NCBI GenBank assembly: GCA_963832935.1
Contig: CAWHWA010000010.1
Location: forward strand, 62,242-126,241
Direction: 5' to 3'
Source of the DNA: an uncultured Actinomycetota bacterium
Lineage (GTDB): Bacteria > Actinomycetota > Actinomycetes > Mycobacteriales > Mycobacteriaceae
DNA length: 64,000 bases
A model generated the notes under the pieces. The model was not told where the DNA came from. It worked only from the letters and a program-made list of their open reading frames with translations, and did no database searches. Positions 24,280-34,573 of the stretch are shown here, piece after piece. Every line of letters begins with the position of its first letter. Position 1 is the stretch's first letter. Position numbers and translations under genes: made by a program.

Positions 24280-24954
24280 CTACTGCGGCTGGTGACGAGA
24301 GGTGGCCATCGCGTGGGCCAGTTCGTCGGGGATCTCGGGTACCCGGGTGATCGCGTCCAGCAGCGTGTGCGCGCACGAGTCGGCCAGGCGTTCGGCGCTG
24401 GTGGTGGGGTCGATGATGCGCTGACGGCACAGCTCGAAGGTGAACGCGATCCAGCCGTTGAGGATGACTCGCAGGTCCCGCTCGACGTCCTTGTGCAGCG
24501 CCGCTTGCCCGGGGGTCTTGGCCACCACCTCGCCGATCCGGGTCATGATGAGCTCCAGCTGGCGGTTTTTGGCGTCGTCCTCGACGCCGAGCAGAACCGG
24601 GTCGGACCGCCCCAGACCGACGTAGGCCGCCCAGGCGGCTTCCGGGTTCTGCTCGTGGTAGGCCATGTAGGCCAGCACACCCATCCGCGCCTCTTCGAAC
24701 ATCGTCAGGCCGGTGACGGGCTCTTTGTTGGTCGACTCGTAGAGCCGATCGGCCTCGTCCTTGACCACCGCGGCGAAGAACGCTCGTTTGTCGGGAAAGT
24801 AGTGGTACATCAAGGCTCGGGAGACGCCGGCACGCTCGGCGATCTCGTCGATGCGGACCTCGTCGTAGGGCCGCTTCCCGAAGACTTCCGCCCCTAATGC
24901 GAGCAGTTCGGCGCGTCGATCCTCGGGGGACAACCGCCTCCTAGCCGTTGGCAT
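24280..24954 (-). CDS. TetR-family regulator (Rv3295-like) upstream of lhr-nei
   Basis: IDEIAERAGVSRALMYHYFPDK HTH. TACTAT -10 box 7 nt before the ATG (leaderless). Confidence 0.9.
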   Translation of the reverse strand: MPTARRRLSPEDRRAELLALGAEVFGKRPYDEVRIDEIAERAGVSRALMYHYFPDKRAFFAAVVKDEADRLYESTNKEPVTGLTMFEEARMGVLAYMAYHEQNPEAAWAAYVGLGRSDPVLLGVEDDAKNRQLELIMTRIGEVVAKTPGQAALHKDVERDLRVILNGWIAFTFELCRQRIIDPTTSAERLADSCAHTLLDAITRVPEIPDELAHAMATSRHQPQ

Positions 24955-25000
24955 GTGTCAGATAGTACTCACGAAGCACACGTCACAATTCAGTCTGCGT

Positions 25001-26539
25001 TTATCCGAACTCCACACCTTGTGCCAGCGGCAGATCGCTGGAGTAGTTGACGGTGTTGGTGGCGCGTCGCATGTAGGCCTGCCACGCGTCCGAACCCGAT
25101 TCCCGGCCGCCACCGGTCTGCTTCTCGCCGCCGAACGCACCCCCGATTTCGGCGCCTGACGTGCCGATATTGACGTTGGCGATGCCGCAGTCGGACCCGT
25201 GCAGGAAGCGCTCGGCCTCCCGCAGGTCGGTGCTGAAAATGGCCGACGAGAGCCCTTGCGGCACGCCGTTGTTGAGGGCGATCGCCTCGTCCAGGTCGTC
25301 GTAGGTCAGCACATAGAGGATCGGCGCAAACGTTTCGGTCGCCACGATGTCGCTCTGCGCGGGCATTCGCACCACGGCGGGCGCGACGTAGTAGGCGCCG
25401 GGATGCTCGTCGGCGCAGGCGTCCTGGCGGTCGCCGCCGATCACCTCGCCGCCCTCGGCGCGTGCCTGTTCCAGCGCCCCCACCATGTCGCGGTAGGCGG
25501 TCTCGTGAATGAGCGGGCCGATCAGCGTGCCCGGCGCCGACGGGTCGCCGATGGGCAGCTGCCGATAGGCGGCCGCCACCCGCTTCACGACTAAGTCGGC
25601 CACCGAGCGATGCACGATCAGCCGGCGCAGGCTGGTACACCGCTGACCGGCGGTGCCGGCGGCGGCGAAGACAATCGCGCGCACCGCCAGGTCCAGGTCG
25701 GCCGACGGCGTCACGATCGCCGCGTTGTTGCCGCCCAGCTCCAGCAGCACCCGCCCGAAGCGCGCCGCCACGCGCGGACCGACCTGCTGGCCCATCCGCA
25801 CCGAACCGGTCGCGGACAACAGCGCGACCCGGGGATCGTCGACCAGCTGCTCGCCCAGGTCACGATCGCCCAGCACCAGTCCGCTCACCGCGGGTGGCGC
25901 GCCGACGTCGGCGGCGGCCCGGCCGATCAGCGCCTGACAGGCCAGCGCCGTCAACGGCGTGAGCTCCGAGGGCTTCCACACCACCGTGTCCCCGCACACC
26001 AGTGCCACCGCGGTGTTCCACGCCCAGACCGCGATCGGGAAGTTGAACGCGGTGATCACCCCGACGACGCCGAGCGGATGCCAGGTCTCGAGCAGCCGGT
26101 GGCCGGGGCGCTCCGAGGCGATGGTCCGGCCGTAGAGCTGGCGTGACAGGCCGACCGCGAACTGGCAGATGTCGATCATTTCCTGCACTTCGCCCAGGGC
26201 TTCGGAGGTGATCTTGCCGACCTCGAGGGTCACCAGAGATCGCGAGGTCGTTCTTGTGTTCGGCGAGCAGCTCGCCGAGGCGGGCCACCAGCGCGCCGCG
26301 CACCGGGGCCGGTGTGTCTCGCCACGCCGTAAACGCCTCGGCGGCCGCGGCGATGGTGTGATCGACTTGCTCGGGTGTGGACTGTGCGACGGTGAAGAGC
26401 ACCTCGCCGGTGATCGGCGTGCTGGCCGGCAATCCCTGCCCGCCCGGCTCGCCGAGGCTGACGTCGGCTGGGCCTTTTTGGAAGATTGCCTGCAGGGCCT
26501 TGACGCGCCCGGGCGCGTAACTCGTCAGGGGTCGGTCAC
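25001..26539 (-). CDS. pcd: Piperideine-6-carboxylate (aminoadipate semialdehyde) dehydrogenase (5' part frameshifted)
   Basis: ITAFNFP, WKPSE, LELGGNNA, GQRCT, ETFAP, FGGEK. Confidence 0.85.
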
Positions 26540-27797
26540 GTGCCGGTGCTTCTTGAGACTGGGCTTCATAGAGAGCGTAGGGGTCGTAGATATGGTGGCC
26601 GATCGCCCCGGCCAGCCACTCGACGTCGTATTCGGAATCGGCGGCGACGTCTGCGTTGTGGAACCCGGCCCGGGTGTCGCGGTCCAGGTTGGACCGGAAA
26701 ATACCCGCCGCCGACGCCGGCAAGAAGTCTTCGTAGACGATGGGTGCCGACGGGTCGCCGCCGCGGTAGTAGGCCAGTCGCTGCGCGGCCATCTCGGTGT
26801 CGGTCGACGGGAAGTAGTCGCCCCACACTCGAGCGGGATCACCGGACGCCATCGCCGCGTCGTAGCGCTCGCGCCCGCGCGGGGTCAGCGCGACACCGCG
26901 CGCCTCGACTTCGCCGAATCGCACCCGCAGATTTCCCGGGCTCAGCGTGCCGTCCCGGCCGCGAAACAGGCATGGTTCGGCGAGTGCGCGAAACGACGTC
27001 TGGCGCAACAACACTGCGGGACCGTCGGTGCGGGGCGGGCCCTGGATGGCATCGATCATGGTGATGCCGCGCTCGGTCATCCGCTGATACAGATCGTCGA
27101 TGTCGAGAACCCGCGGCGTCAGGTGGTTGATGTGGGTGGAACACACCCCCGCGATGTCGGCGGCCACCGCGGACACCCGCGACAACTCGTCGTACCAGGA
27201 CTTGTTGATCGGTTCGCGCGACAGCGCGAATGCGGCCACCGCGGCCGCGACGAAAGCCTGCGCCTCCTCGACGTCGCAGGCGCCCTCGGCGGCGATGATC
27301 CGCGCCCGGTCAAGCAAGGCAGGGTCGAACAGTTGGCGGCGCGCGATGAACGTCTCTACGCGGGTACGCAGGTCGGGTTCGAAGTACCGGGCGTCGCGGG
27401 TGGCCAGCATCGACGTGAACACCCGAAACGGATTGCGCGCCAGCTCTTTTGCCTCGATGGGCCGAAAAGCCGTCGATACCACCGGAACCGGCGAGCGGGC
27501 GCGGCGCAGGTCGTAGTAACCGACCGGCAGCATGCCGAACGCGGCGAACAACTCGGCGACGGCAGCCAGTTCGGCCGGGCCGCCGACCCGGATGGCGCCG
27601 TGCCGCTCGGCGGTGACCCGCTGCAGCGAGCCGAGACGTTCGGCGCCCGGATGACGTGCCACGTGTTCGGAGTTGACCTGCTCGCTGACCTCGACCAGGG
27701 TGCCGTAGGCGGGCACCTCGCCGGCGTACATGGCCGATAGCCCGGCCGCGAAGCGCTCGCGAAGCTGCCAGCTCACCAGCCTTTTGGCGCGGCTCAT
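26536..27797 (-). CDS. hglS: 2-oxoadipate dioxygenase/decarboxylase (HglS, DUF1338; Rv3292-like)
   Basis: ERHGAIR, HINHLTPR, FGEVEARG, YEDFLPASAAGIF. Apparent read-through into pcd is probably an indel. Confidence 0.8.
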
Positions 27798-27812
27798 GGA
27801 TAATCTCCGGCC

Positions 27813-28265
27813 ATGAGTGAGACGCTCGACGACATCGACCGGATCCTGATGCGCCAGCTGGTTGCCGACGGACGCGCCACGCTGGCGGAGCTGGCCGCGA
27901 GCGCCGGACTATCGGTCTCGGCGGTCCAGTCGCGGGTACGCCGGTTGGAGGCCCGCGGCGTGGTCTCGGGGTACTCCGCGCGGATCAACCCGGAGGCGGT
28001 CGGGCAGCTGCTGTCGGCGTTCGTGGCCATCACTCCTCTTGATCCTTCCCAACCCGATGATGCGCCCGCCCGGCTGGCGCACATCGAGGAGATCGAGGCG
28101 TGCCACTCGGTGGCCGGCGAGGAAAGCTACGTCTTGCTGGTGCGCGTCGGGTCCGCGCGGGTGCTCGAGGAGCTGCTGCAGCGGATCCGGACAACGGCGA
28201 ATGTCCAGACCCGAAGCACCATCATCCTCAATACATTTTACAGTGATCGGCAACACATACCATAA
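27813..28265 (+). CDS. lrpA: Lrp/AsnC regulator
   Basis: LDDIDRIL..DGR HTH, CHSVAGEESY. Confidence 0.92.
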   Translation: MSETLDDIDRILMRQLVADGRATLAELAASAGLSVSAVQSRVRRLEARGVVSGYSARINPEAVGQLLSAFVAITPLDPSQPDDAPARLAHIEEIEACHSVAGEESYVLLVRVGSARVLEELLQRIRTTANVQTRSTIILNTFYSDRQHIP

Positions 28266-28267
28266 TA

Positions 28268-28311
28268 TTTACGACGATAGCGTCATGATTCCGTAAAAAC
28301 ACGGCTAGTAT
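28268..28311 (+). promoter_or_regulatory. lat promoter: AT-rich inverted repeat (putative LrpA site) plus -10 box
   Basis: TTTACG (28268-73) ... CGTAAA (28292-97); TAGTAT (28306-11) lies 7 nt before ATG 28319. Confidence 0.5.
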
Positions 28312-28318
28312 GGTCGGC

Positions 28319-29632
28319 ATGACTGCCGCCGTGACGGAGGCCCACTGGGTCCATGACGTGTTGTCCCGCAACATGCTCGTCGATGGTTTTGACTTGGTGC
28401 TCGATCTGACCCGTTCGACGGGCTCCTATCTGGTCGACGCCCGCGACGGCCGGAGCTACCTCGACATGTTCACCTTCGTCTCGTCGTCGGCGCTGGGGAT
28501 GAATCATCCGGCGCTCGCCGGCGACGAGGAGTTTCGTGCCGAACTGATCGAGGCCGCGCTGAACAAGCCGAGCAACGCCGACGTCTGCACGGTGGCGATG
28601 GCCACCTTCGTCGAGACCTTCGCCCGTGTCCTGGGCGACCCGGCGCTACCGCACCTGTTCTTCGTCGAAGGTGGCGCGCTGGCGGTGGAGAACGCGCTCA
28701 AGGTCGCGTTCGACTGGAAGAGCCGGCACAACGAGGCGCGCGGCATCGACCCCGAGCTCGGTACGCGGGTGCTGCACCTGCGCGGCGCGTTCCACGGGCG
28801 CAGCGGTTACACCCTGTCGCTGACCAACACCAAACCCGTCAGCGTCGCCCGCTTCCCGAAGTTCGACTGGCCGCGCATCGACGCTCCCTACGTTCGGCCG
28901 GGCGCCGACATGGACGCGCTGGAAGCCGAGTCGCTGCGCCAGGCCCGCGCCGCCTTCGAGGCGTACCCGCACGACATCGCGTGCTTTGTCGCCGAACCCA
29001 TCCAGGGCGAAGGCGGCGACCGGCACTTCCGGCCCGAGTTCTTCGCCGCGATGCGCGACCTGTGCGACGAATACGACGCCCTGCTGATCTTCGACGAGGT
29101 ACAGACCGGCTGCGGGTTGACCGGAACCCCTTGGGCGTACCAGCAATTGGGCGTGGCGCCCGACGTGGTGGCGTTCGGCAAGAAGACGCAGGTGTGCGGA
29201 GTGATGGCGGGCCGCCGGGTGGACGAGATCGCCGACAACGTGTTCGCCGTCACCTCCCGGATCAACTCGACATGGGGTGGCAATCTGACCGACATGGTGC
29301 GTGCGCGCCGCATTCTGGAGGTCATCGAGGCCGACGAGCTGTTCGACCATGCCGCCGAGCAGGGCCGCTATCTGCGCGACCGGCTCGACGAGCTCGCCGA
29401 CGAGTTCCCGGCGATGGTGATCGACCCCCGCGGTCGCGGATTGATGTGCGCGTTCAGTCTGCCGGCCACTGCCGATCGTGACGAGTTGATCGCCCAGCTG
29501 TGGCAGCGCTGCGTGATTGTGTTGCCCGCCGGAAAGGACGGCGTTCGATTCCGTCCCGCACTGACGGTTTCGCGGACAGAAATCGACCTGGCAATCGCGG
29601 CCGTTCGCGACGTCTTAACGGCCGCGGCCTAG
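28319..29632 (+). CDS. lat: L-lysine 6-aminotransferase
   Basis: GALAVENALK, AFHGRSG, EPIQGEGG, FDEVQTG, AFGKK (PLP Lys). Confidence 0.95.
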   Translation: MTAAVTEAHWVHDVLSRNMLVDGFDLVLDLTRSTGSYLVDARDGRSYLDMFTFVSSSALGMNHPALAGDEEFRAELIEAALNKPSNADVCTVAMATFVETFARVLGDPALPHLFFVEGGALAVENALKVAFDWKSRHNEARGIDPELGTRVLHLRGAFHGRSGYTLSLTNTKPVSVARFPKFDWPRIDAPYVRPGADMDALEAESLRQARAAFEAYPHDIACFVAEPIQGEGGDRHFRPEFFAAMRDLCDEYDALLIFDEVQTGCGLTGTPWAYQQLGVAPDVVAFGKKTQVCGVMAGRRVDEIADNVFAVTSRINSTWGGNLTDMVRARRILEVIEADELFDHAAEQGRYLRDRLDELADEFPAMVIDPRGRGLMCAFSLPATADRDELIAQLWQRCVIVLPAGKDGVRFRPALTVSRTEIDLAIAAVRDVLTAAA

Positions 29633-29646
29633 GCCGCGGCGGTTAA
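29615..29646. terminator. 32-bp near-perfect palindrome centred on the lat stop codon
   Basis: TTAACG-GCCGCGGCCT|AGGCCGCGGC-GGTTAA. Confidence 0.45.
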
Positions 29647-29666
29647 CCGCGGTCGGCCGGGGGTAC
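29641..29666 (+). promoter_or_regulatory. SigF-like promoter
   Basis: GGTTA-N15-GGGTAC upstream of the Rv3289c-usfY homologues. Confidence 0.5.
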
Positions 29667-29769
29667 CTGACCAGCAGTCGGGGCGCAAAAATTGCAGAAC
29701 GCAGTAACAAATCCGTCGGCGCGGACGAAACACCACATGCAGTCAGCGCGCGGGATATGAGGTTCTCAA

Positions 29770-30159
29770 ATGCCGAAAGCAGATGAGCGATCACGCGGCG
29801 ATCGCCTGGGCCAGGAAGACGGCGAGGTGCGCGCCGCCATCCGCTTTGCCGTCCTTGCCACGGTTGCGGCAGTCGGATTCATCGTCATGGCCGCCCTGTG
29901 GGTCAGCACCTGCCCGGGTACGGGTATGGACACGGTGGCCTGCGGCGCACCGCAGCGGACCTTCCTGGCGTTCGGGGGACCGCTGATCCTGTTGCTCGGC
30001 GGCCTGTGGGCGTTTGTGCGCACGTACCGGGTCTGGCGCAGCGAGGGCACATGGTGGGGATGGCACGGCGCGGGCTGGTTTTTGTTGACGTTGATGATCG
30101 TGACGGTCTCCATGAGTGTTCCGGCCATTGCCGGGCCCGCCCTGGGGCTCAATAATTAA
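29770..30159 (+). CDS. Membrane protein (Rv3289c-like)
   Basis: Three hydrophobic segments, WWGWHGAGWF; synteny. Confidence 0.8.
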   Translation: MPKADERSRGDRLGQEDGEVRAAIRFAVLATVAAVGFIVMAALWVSTCPGTGMDTVACGAPQRTFLAFGGPLILLLGGLWAFVRTYRVWRSEGTWWGWHGAGWFLLTLMIVTVSMSVPAIAGPALGLNN

Positions 30160-30182
30160 TGGTGCGACCCCGAGGAGCAGCC

Positions 30183-30494
30183 ATGGGAGACACCTATCAC
30201 GACCCCGTCGACCACTTGCGGACGACGCGGCCACTCGCCGGCGAATCATTGATCGATGTCTTGCACTGGCCCGGATACCTCATGGTGGTAGCCGGGGTGA
30301 TCGCGGTGTGCGGAAGCCTCGCGGCCTTCGGCACCGGACATCAGCAGGAGGGCATGACCGCAGGCGTGACCGCGGTGGTCGTCACGGTGGTGGGCCTGGT
30401 GTGGCTGGCGGTCGAGCATCGGCGCGTGCGCCGGATCTTCGATCGGTGGTACCTCGAACATCCCGACGTGAGCAGGCAACGTCCCGCCAGCTAA
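30183..30494 (+). CDS. usfY: UsfY
   Basis: MGDTYHDPVDHLRTTRP.AGE..D...WPG, EHRRVR; GAGGAG RBS. Confidence 0.85.
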   Translation: MGDTYHDPVDHLRTTRPLAGESLIDVLHWPGYLMVVAGVIAVCGSLAAFGTGHQQEGMTAGVTAVVVTVVGLVWLAVEHRRVRRIFDRWYLEHPDVSRQRPAS

Positions 30495-30522
30495 CAGCGG
30501 GCTAGGCCGCCTGAAACTCGTA

Positions 30523-30548
30523 GGTTATGGGCGTCGCCGAGTGGGTAT
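30523..30548 (+). promoter_or_regulatory. SigF-like promoter upstream of rsbW-sigF
   Basis: GGTTA-N15-GGGTAT. Confidence 0.5.
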
Positions 30549-30595
30549 CAGCTGTAGACCATGATGAGTGCCGGCGATAATTTTGCGCGAGGCGC

Positions 30596-30745
30596 TCACC
30601 CCATCATGGGGGACAGAATCATGAAAGCGCCGACGTAGATGCCTACTGCGATGACGATCAGAAGGACCAGTGTGATCCCGGCAATTACCGCGATGCGCCC
30701 AAGCGTGCGTGTCCGGGGTTTGCCGGTTGCGTCAGACGCGTCCAT
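30596..30745 (-). CDS. 49-aa single-pass membrane protein (below the ORF track cutoff)
   Basis: MDASDATGKPRTRTLGRIAVIAGITLVLLIVIAVGIYVGAFMILSPMMG*. A GGTTC-N15-GGGTAT element (30781-30756) lies just upstream. Confidence 0.7.
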   Translation of the reverse strand: MDASDATGKPRTRTLGRIAVIAGITLVLLIVIAVGIYVGAFMILSPMMG

Positions 30746-30855
30746 GTCGAGTGACATACCCGGCTGCGATCATGGCGAACCGAATGGGCTGTAGCGCCTC
30801 GAGGGCGCGCTCCAAAGCGAGGGATAGTGTGAGTCAAACGTTGCCGGGAGACCCT

Positions 30856-31293
30856 ATGACCGATATTGGTTTGCGCGCTGACAAGCGTCAACGCGGCCAC
30901 AGAGCCGTCGAATTGCATGTTGCCGCGCGCCTGGAGAACCTGGCGATGCTGCGCACGCTGGTGGGTGCGATCGGCACCTACGAGGACCTGGATTTCGACG
31001 CGGTGGCGGATTTGCGGCTCGCGGTCGATGAAGTGTGCACCCGGTTGATCCGGTCGGCCACTGCGGACGCGACGCTCGTCGTGGTGGTCGACCCGCAGGA
31101 AAACGAATTGGTGGTGGAGGCGTCCGCGGCATGTGACACCCACGATGTGGTGTCGCCCGGCAGCTTCAGTTGGCATGTCCTGACGTCGCTGGCCGACGAC
31201 GTCCAGACTTTCCATGATGGCCGCGAACCCAATGAAACCGGCAGCGTTTTCGGTATCAGGCTGACGGCGCGACGGGCGGCCGTTGGCCGGTGA
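30856..31293 (+). CDS. rsbW: Anti-sigma-F factor RsbW/UsfX
   Basis: VAARLENLAMLR, VADLRLAVDEVCT; overlaps the sigF start (GTGA). Confidence 0.92.
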   Translation: MTDIGLRADKRQRGHRAVELHVAARLENLAMLRTLVGAIGTYEDLDFDAVADLRLAVDEVCTRLIRSATADATLVVVVDPQENELVVEASAACDTHDVVSPGSFSWHVLTSLADDVQTFHDGREPNETGSVFGIRLTARRAAVGR

Positions 31294-32081
31294 CAGCGCA
31301 AGCTGCCGGCGGTTCGAGTTCGCGCCCTAACGAATACGCCGATGTTCCGGACATGTTCCGTGAGCTGGCCACCATCTCCGCCGACTCGGCGGAATTCCAG
31401 CGCCAGCGGGACAAGATCGTCGAGCGGTGCCTGCCGCTGGCCGATCACATCGCCCGTCGATTCGAGGGCCGTGGCGAACCACGCGACGACTTGGTTCAGG
31501 TCGCGCGGGTCGGGCTGGTCAACGCCGTGGTGCGCTTCGACGTCAACGCCGGATCCGACTTCGTGTCGTTCGCGGTGCCCACGATCATGGGTGAGGTCCG
31601 CCGTCACTTCCGCGACAACAGCTGGTCGGTCAAGGTTCCGCGGCGCCTCAAGGAGCTGCATCTGCGGCTCGGCACCGCCACCGCCGACCTGTCGCAACGC
31701 CTCGGCCGGGCGCCCACCGCGACCGAACTCGCGGCCGAGCTGGAAATGGACCGCGCCGAGGTCGTCGAGGGTCTGGTGGCGGGCAGCTCCTACAACACGC
31801 TGTCCATCGACAGCGGCGGTGGCGGCGGCGATGACGACGATGCCCGTGCCATCGCGGACACGCTGGGCGACGTAGACGCCAGCATCGATCGCATCGAGAA
31901 CCGCGAGTCGCTACGCCCGTTGCTGGAGAGCCTGCCCGAGCGGGAGCGAACGGTGTTGGTGCTGAGGTTCTTCGACTCGATGACACAAACGCAGATCGCC
32001 GAGCGAGTCGGCATTTCGCAGATGCACGTGTCGCGCCTGCTGGCTAAATCGCTAACGCGCCTGCGTGACCAGTTGGAGTAG
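31290..32081 (+). CDS. sigF: RNA polymerase sigma factor SigF
   Basis: DDLVQVARVGL, FAVPTIMGEVRRHFRD, TQTQIAERVGISQMHVSRL. Confidence 0.97.
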   Translation: MTAQAAGGSSSRPNEYADVPDMFRELATISADSAEFQRQRDKIVERCLPLADHIARRFEGRGEPRDDLVQVARVGLVNAVVRFDVNAGSDFVSFAVPTIMGEVRRHFRDNSWSVKVPRRLKELHLRLGTATADLSQRLGRAPTATELAAELEMDRAEVVEGLVAGSSYNTLSIDSGGGGGDDDDARAIADTLGDVDASIDRIENRESLRPLLESLPERERTVLVLRFFDSMTQTQIAERVGISQMHVSRLLAKSLTRLRDQLE

Positions 32082-32474
32082 CGGCCGCGGCTGGGGGCCG
32101 TCCGTCCACCCGGCCGGCTCGAGCAGCGGCTCCTTTATCGGCGTGGTCACCGGCAGGGTGCCGTCGGGATCGCAGACACGCAGCAACCGGGACACCGCCG
32201 GGCTCGGCACCATCGCCCAGTTCACCTGGGCGGCCGAGCACACCACGTTGATGCGGTGCAGAGCCGAAAAGCCGGCAGTACCAATGAAATCCAGCTTGCG
32301 CAGGTCGAGAATCACTCGCTTGGCACGGCGGGCATTGCGCTGGACGTAGACAGCGAGCTGATCCGAGTTGGCGGCGTCGAGCTCGCCGTTCACGATGATC
32401 ACCGTGCCCGCTGCGGTCCATCGAGCACTGAATTGGGCTCTACGGCATTGCTGCCAAGATTGGGCCACAGACAT
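32052..32474 (-). CDS. STAS-domain anti-anti-sigma factor
   Basis: VNGELDAAN, ILDLRKLDFIGTAG, VSRLLRVCD. Confidence 0.85.
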   Translation of the reverse strand: MSVAQSWQQCRRAQFSARWTAAGTVIIVNGELDAANSDQLAVYVQRNARRAKRVILDLRKLDFIGTAGFSALHRINVVCSAAQVNWAMVPSPAVSRLLRVCDPDGTLPVTTPIKEPLLEPAGWTDGPQPRPLLQLVTQAR

Positions 32475-32672
32475 TCCTTCACTCCCTCAACCGAGGACAG
32501 GTGCTGTAGACGACGCCAACTGAGAAATAACGCTGTGAAGGTTAGGGAATTCGCCTTCCGCGCCGCGCTGACGTGGTCTGGGCGGCTGTGAACTCAACCT
32601 GAGCTGAACCTTACCTGTGGTTGGGTCAACCCGACACCGTTCTTAGCTGATTCCCAGGAACCTGGTCGGCAG

Positions 32673-34466
32673 CTATTTGATCTCGGCGAGCACCGTGCCC
32701 TGAGTGATGGCAGCGCCGGCCTCGACCGCAAGTCCGGTGATGGTGCCCTCCTTGTGTGCGGTGACCGGGTTCTCCATCTTCATCGCCTCGAGGACGACGA
32801 CCAGGTCACCGACGGCGACCTGCTGTCCTTCCTCGACCGCGACCTTGACCACGGTGCCCTGCATGGGAGCGGTGACTGCGTCACCAGAGGCCGCCGCGCC
32901 GCCGTGCGCACCGCGCTTGCGGGGCTTCGGCTTCTTCCGGATGACACCGGCAGGATCGGCGGCGCCGTTGGACAGCGCCAGGTCACCGGGCAGCGACACC
33001 TCGAGCCGGCGGCCGTCGACCTCGACGACGACCTTCTGCCGGGGCCTGGTGTCCTCTTCGTCGAGGGGCTCGCCACCGGTGAACGGCTCGACGGTGTTGT
33101 CCCACTCCGTCTCGATCCAGCGGGTGTGCACCGTGAAGCCGTTGTCGTCGCCGATGAAGGCCGGGTCGGACACCACGGCGCGGTGGAACGGGATGACCGT
33201 GGCCAGGCCCTCGACGTGGAATTCGTCCAGTGCCCGGCGCGAGCGCGCGAGCGCCTCCTCGCGGGTGGCGCCGTACACGATCAGCTTGGACAGCATCGAG
33301 TCGAACTGGCCGCCGATCACCGAGCCGGCCTCGACGCCGGAGTCCAGCCGGACACCGGGGCCGCTGGGTGTGTCGTACCGGGTCACCGGACCGGGCGCGG
33401 GCAGGAAGCCGCGTCCGGCGTCCTCGCCGTTGATCCGGAATTCGATCGCGTGCCCGCGTGGTGTCGGGTCCTCGGTGATGTCGAGCTTCTCGCCGTTAGC
33501 GATCTTGAACTGCTGCAGCACCAGGTCGATGCCCGCGGTCTCCTCGGTGACCGGGTGCTCGACCTGCAGGCGGGTGTTGACCTCCAGGAACGAGATCAAC
33601 CCGTCCTGGCCGACCAGGTATTCGACGGTGCCGGCGCCGTAGTAGTGGGCCTCTTTGCAGATCCGCTTGGCCGACTCGTGGATCTCCTTGCGCTGCGCGT
33701 CGGTGAGGAACGGCGCCGGAGCCTCTTCGACGAGCTTCTGGAAGCGGCGCTGCAGTGAGCAGTCCCGGGTGCCGGCGACGATGACGTTGCCGTGCTGGTC
33801 GGCGATCACCTGCGCCTCGACGTGGCGGGGCTTGTCCAGGTAGCGCTCCACGAAGCACTCGCCGCGGCCGAAGGCGGAGACGGCCTCACGGGTGGCCGAG
33901 TCGAACAGTTCGGGGATCTCCTCGAGCGTGCGGGCCACCTTCATGCCGCGACCGCCGCCGCCGAAGGCGGCCTTGATCGCGATCGGCACACCGTACTCCT
34001 TGGCGAAGGCCACCACCTCGTCGGCGTTCTTGACCGGGTCGGGGGTGCCGGGCACCAGCGGCGCCTGCGCGCGGGCGGCGATGTGGCGGGCGGTGACCTT
34101 GTCGCCGAGGTCGCGGATCGACTGCGGGCTGGGCCCGATCCAGATCAGGCCGGCGTCCAGGACCGCCTGGGCGAAGTCGGCGTTCTCCGACAGGAAGCCG
34201 TAGCCGGGGTGGATGGCGTTGGCGCCGGACTTGGCCGCCGCATCGAGGATCTTGCCGAAGTCCAGGTAGGACTCCGCGGACGTTTGACCGCCCAGAGCGA
34301 ACGCCTCGTCGGCAAGCCGCACATGCGGTGCGTCGGCGTCGGGCTCGGCGTACACCGCCACGCTGGGCAGGCCCGCATCGCGGGCCGCACGGATCACCCG
34401 GACTGCGATCTCGCCGCGGTTGGCGACGAGAACTTTGGAGATCCTTGAGCTGGCGTGACTAGCCAC
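32673..34466 (-). CDS. accA3: Acyl-CoA carboxylase alpha subunit (biotin carboxylase + BCCP)
   Basis: [35 protein letters not shown] biotin site. Confidence 0.97.
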   Translation of the reverse strand: MASHASSRISKVLVANRGEIAVRVIRAARDAGLPSVAVYAEPDADAPHVRLADEAFALGGQTSAESYLDFGKILDAAAKSGANAIHPGYGFLSENADFAQAVLDAGLIWIGPSPQSIRDLGDKVTARHIAARAQAPLVPGTPDPVKNADEVVAFAKEYGVPIAIKAAFGGGGRGMKVARTLEEIPELFDSATREAVSAFGRGECFVERYLDKPRHVEAQVIADQHGNVIVAGTRDCSLQRRFQKLVEEAPAPFLTDAQRKEIHESAKRICKEAHYYGAGTVEYLVGQDGLISFLEVNTRLQVEHPVTEETAGIDLVLQQFKIANGEKLDITEDPTPRGHAIEFRINGEDAGRGFLPAPGPVTRYDTPSGPGVRLDSGVEAGSVIGGQFDSMLSKLIVYGATREEALARSRRALDEFHVEGLATVIPFHRAVVSDPAFIGDDNGFTVHTRWIETEWDNTVEPFTGGEPLDEEDTRPRQKVVVEVDGRRLEVSLPGDLALSNGAADPAGVIRKKPKPRKRGAHGGAAASGDAVTAPMQGTVVKVAVEEGQQVAVGDLVVVLEAMKMENPVTAHKEGTITGLAVEAGAAITQGTVLAEIK

Positions 34467-34573
34467 TGCGCCTCCTGGGGGACTGGACGTTCGTCGTCTC
34501 TAAGAGAATTTCTTACAAGTCTTGTCGGGGGAAGTTTAGGCGGCGCGCCGAGAGCGCTGATACCCGGTCCCAC

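Noticed and set aside
25860-27797. 645-aa HglS-Pcd fusion ORF
   Set aside because: The junction has a GTGA start/stop overlap and nearby indels. Best explained as two genes joined by read error.
34501-34515. TAAGA-GAATT-TCTTA inverted repeat upstream of accA3
   Set aside because: Only 5-bp arms; a plausible operator but not supportable without comparative data.
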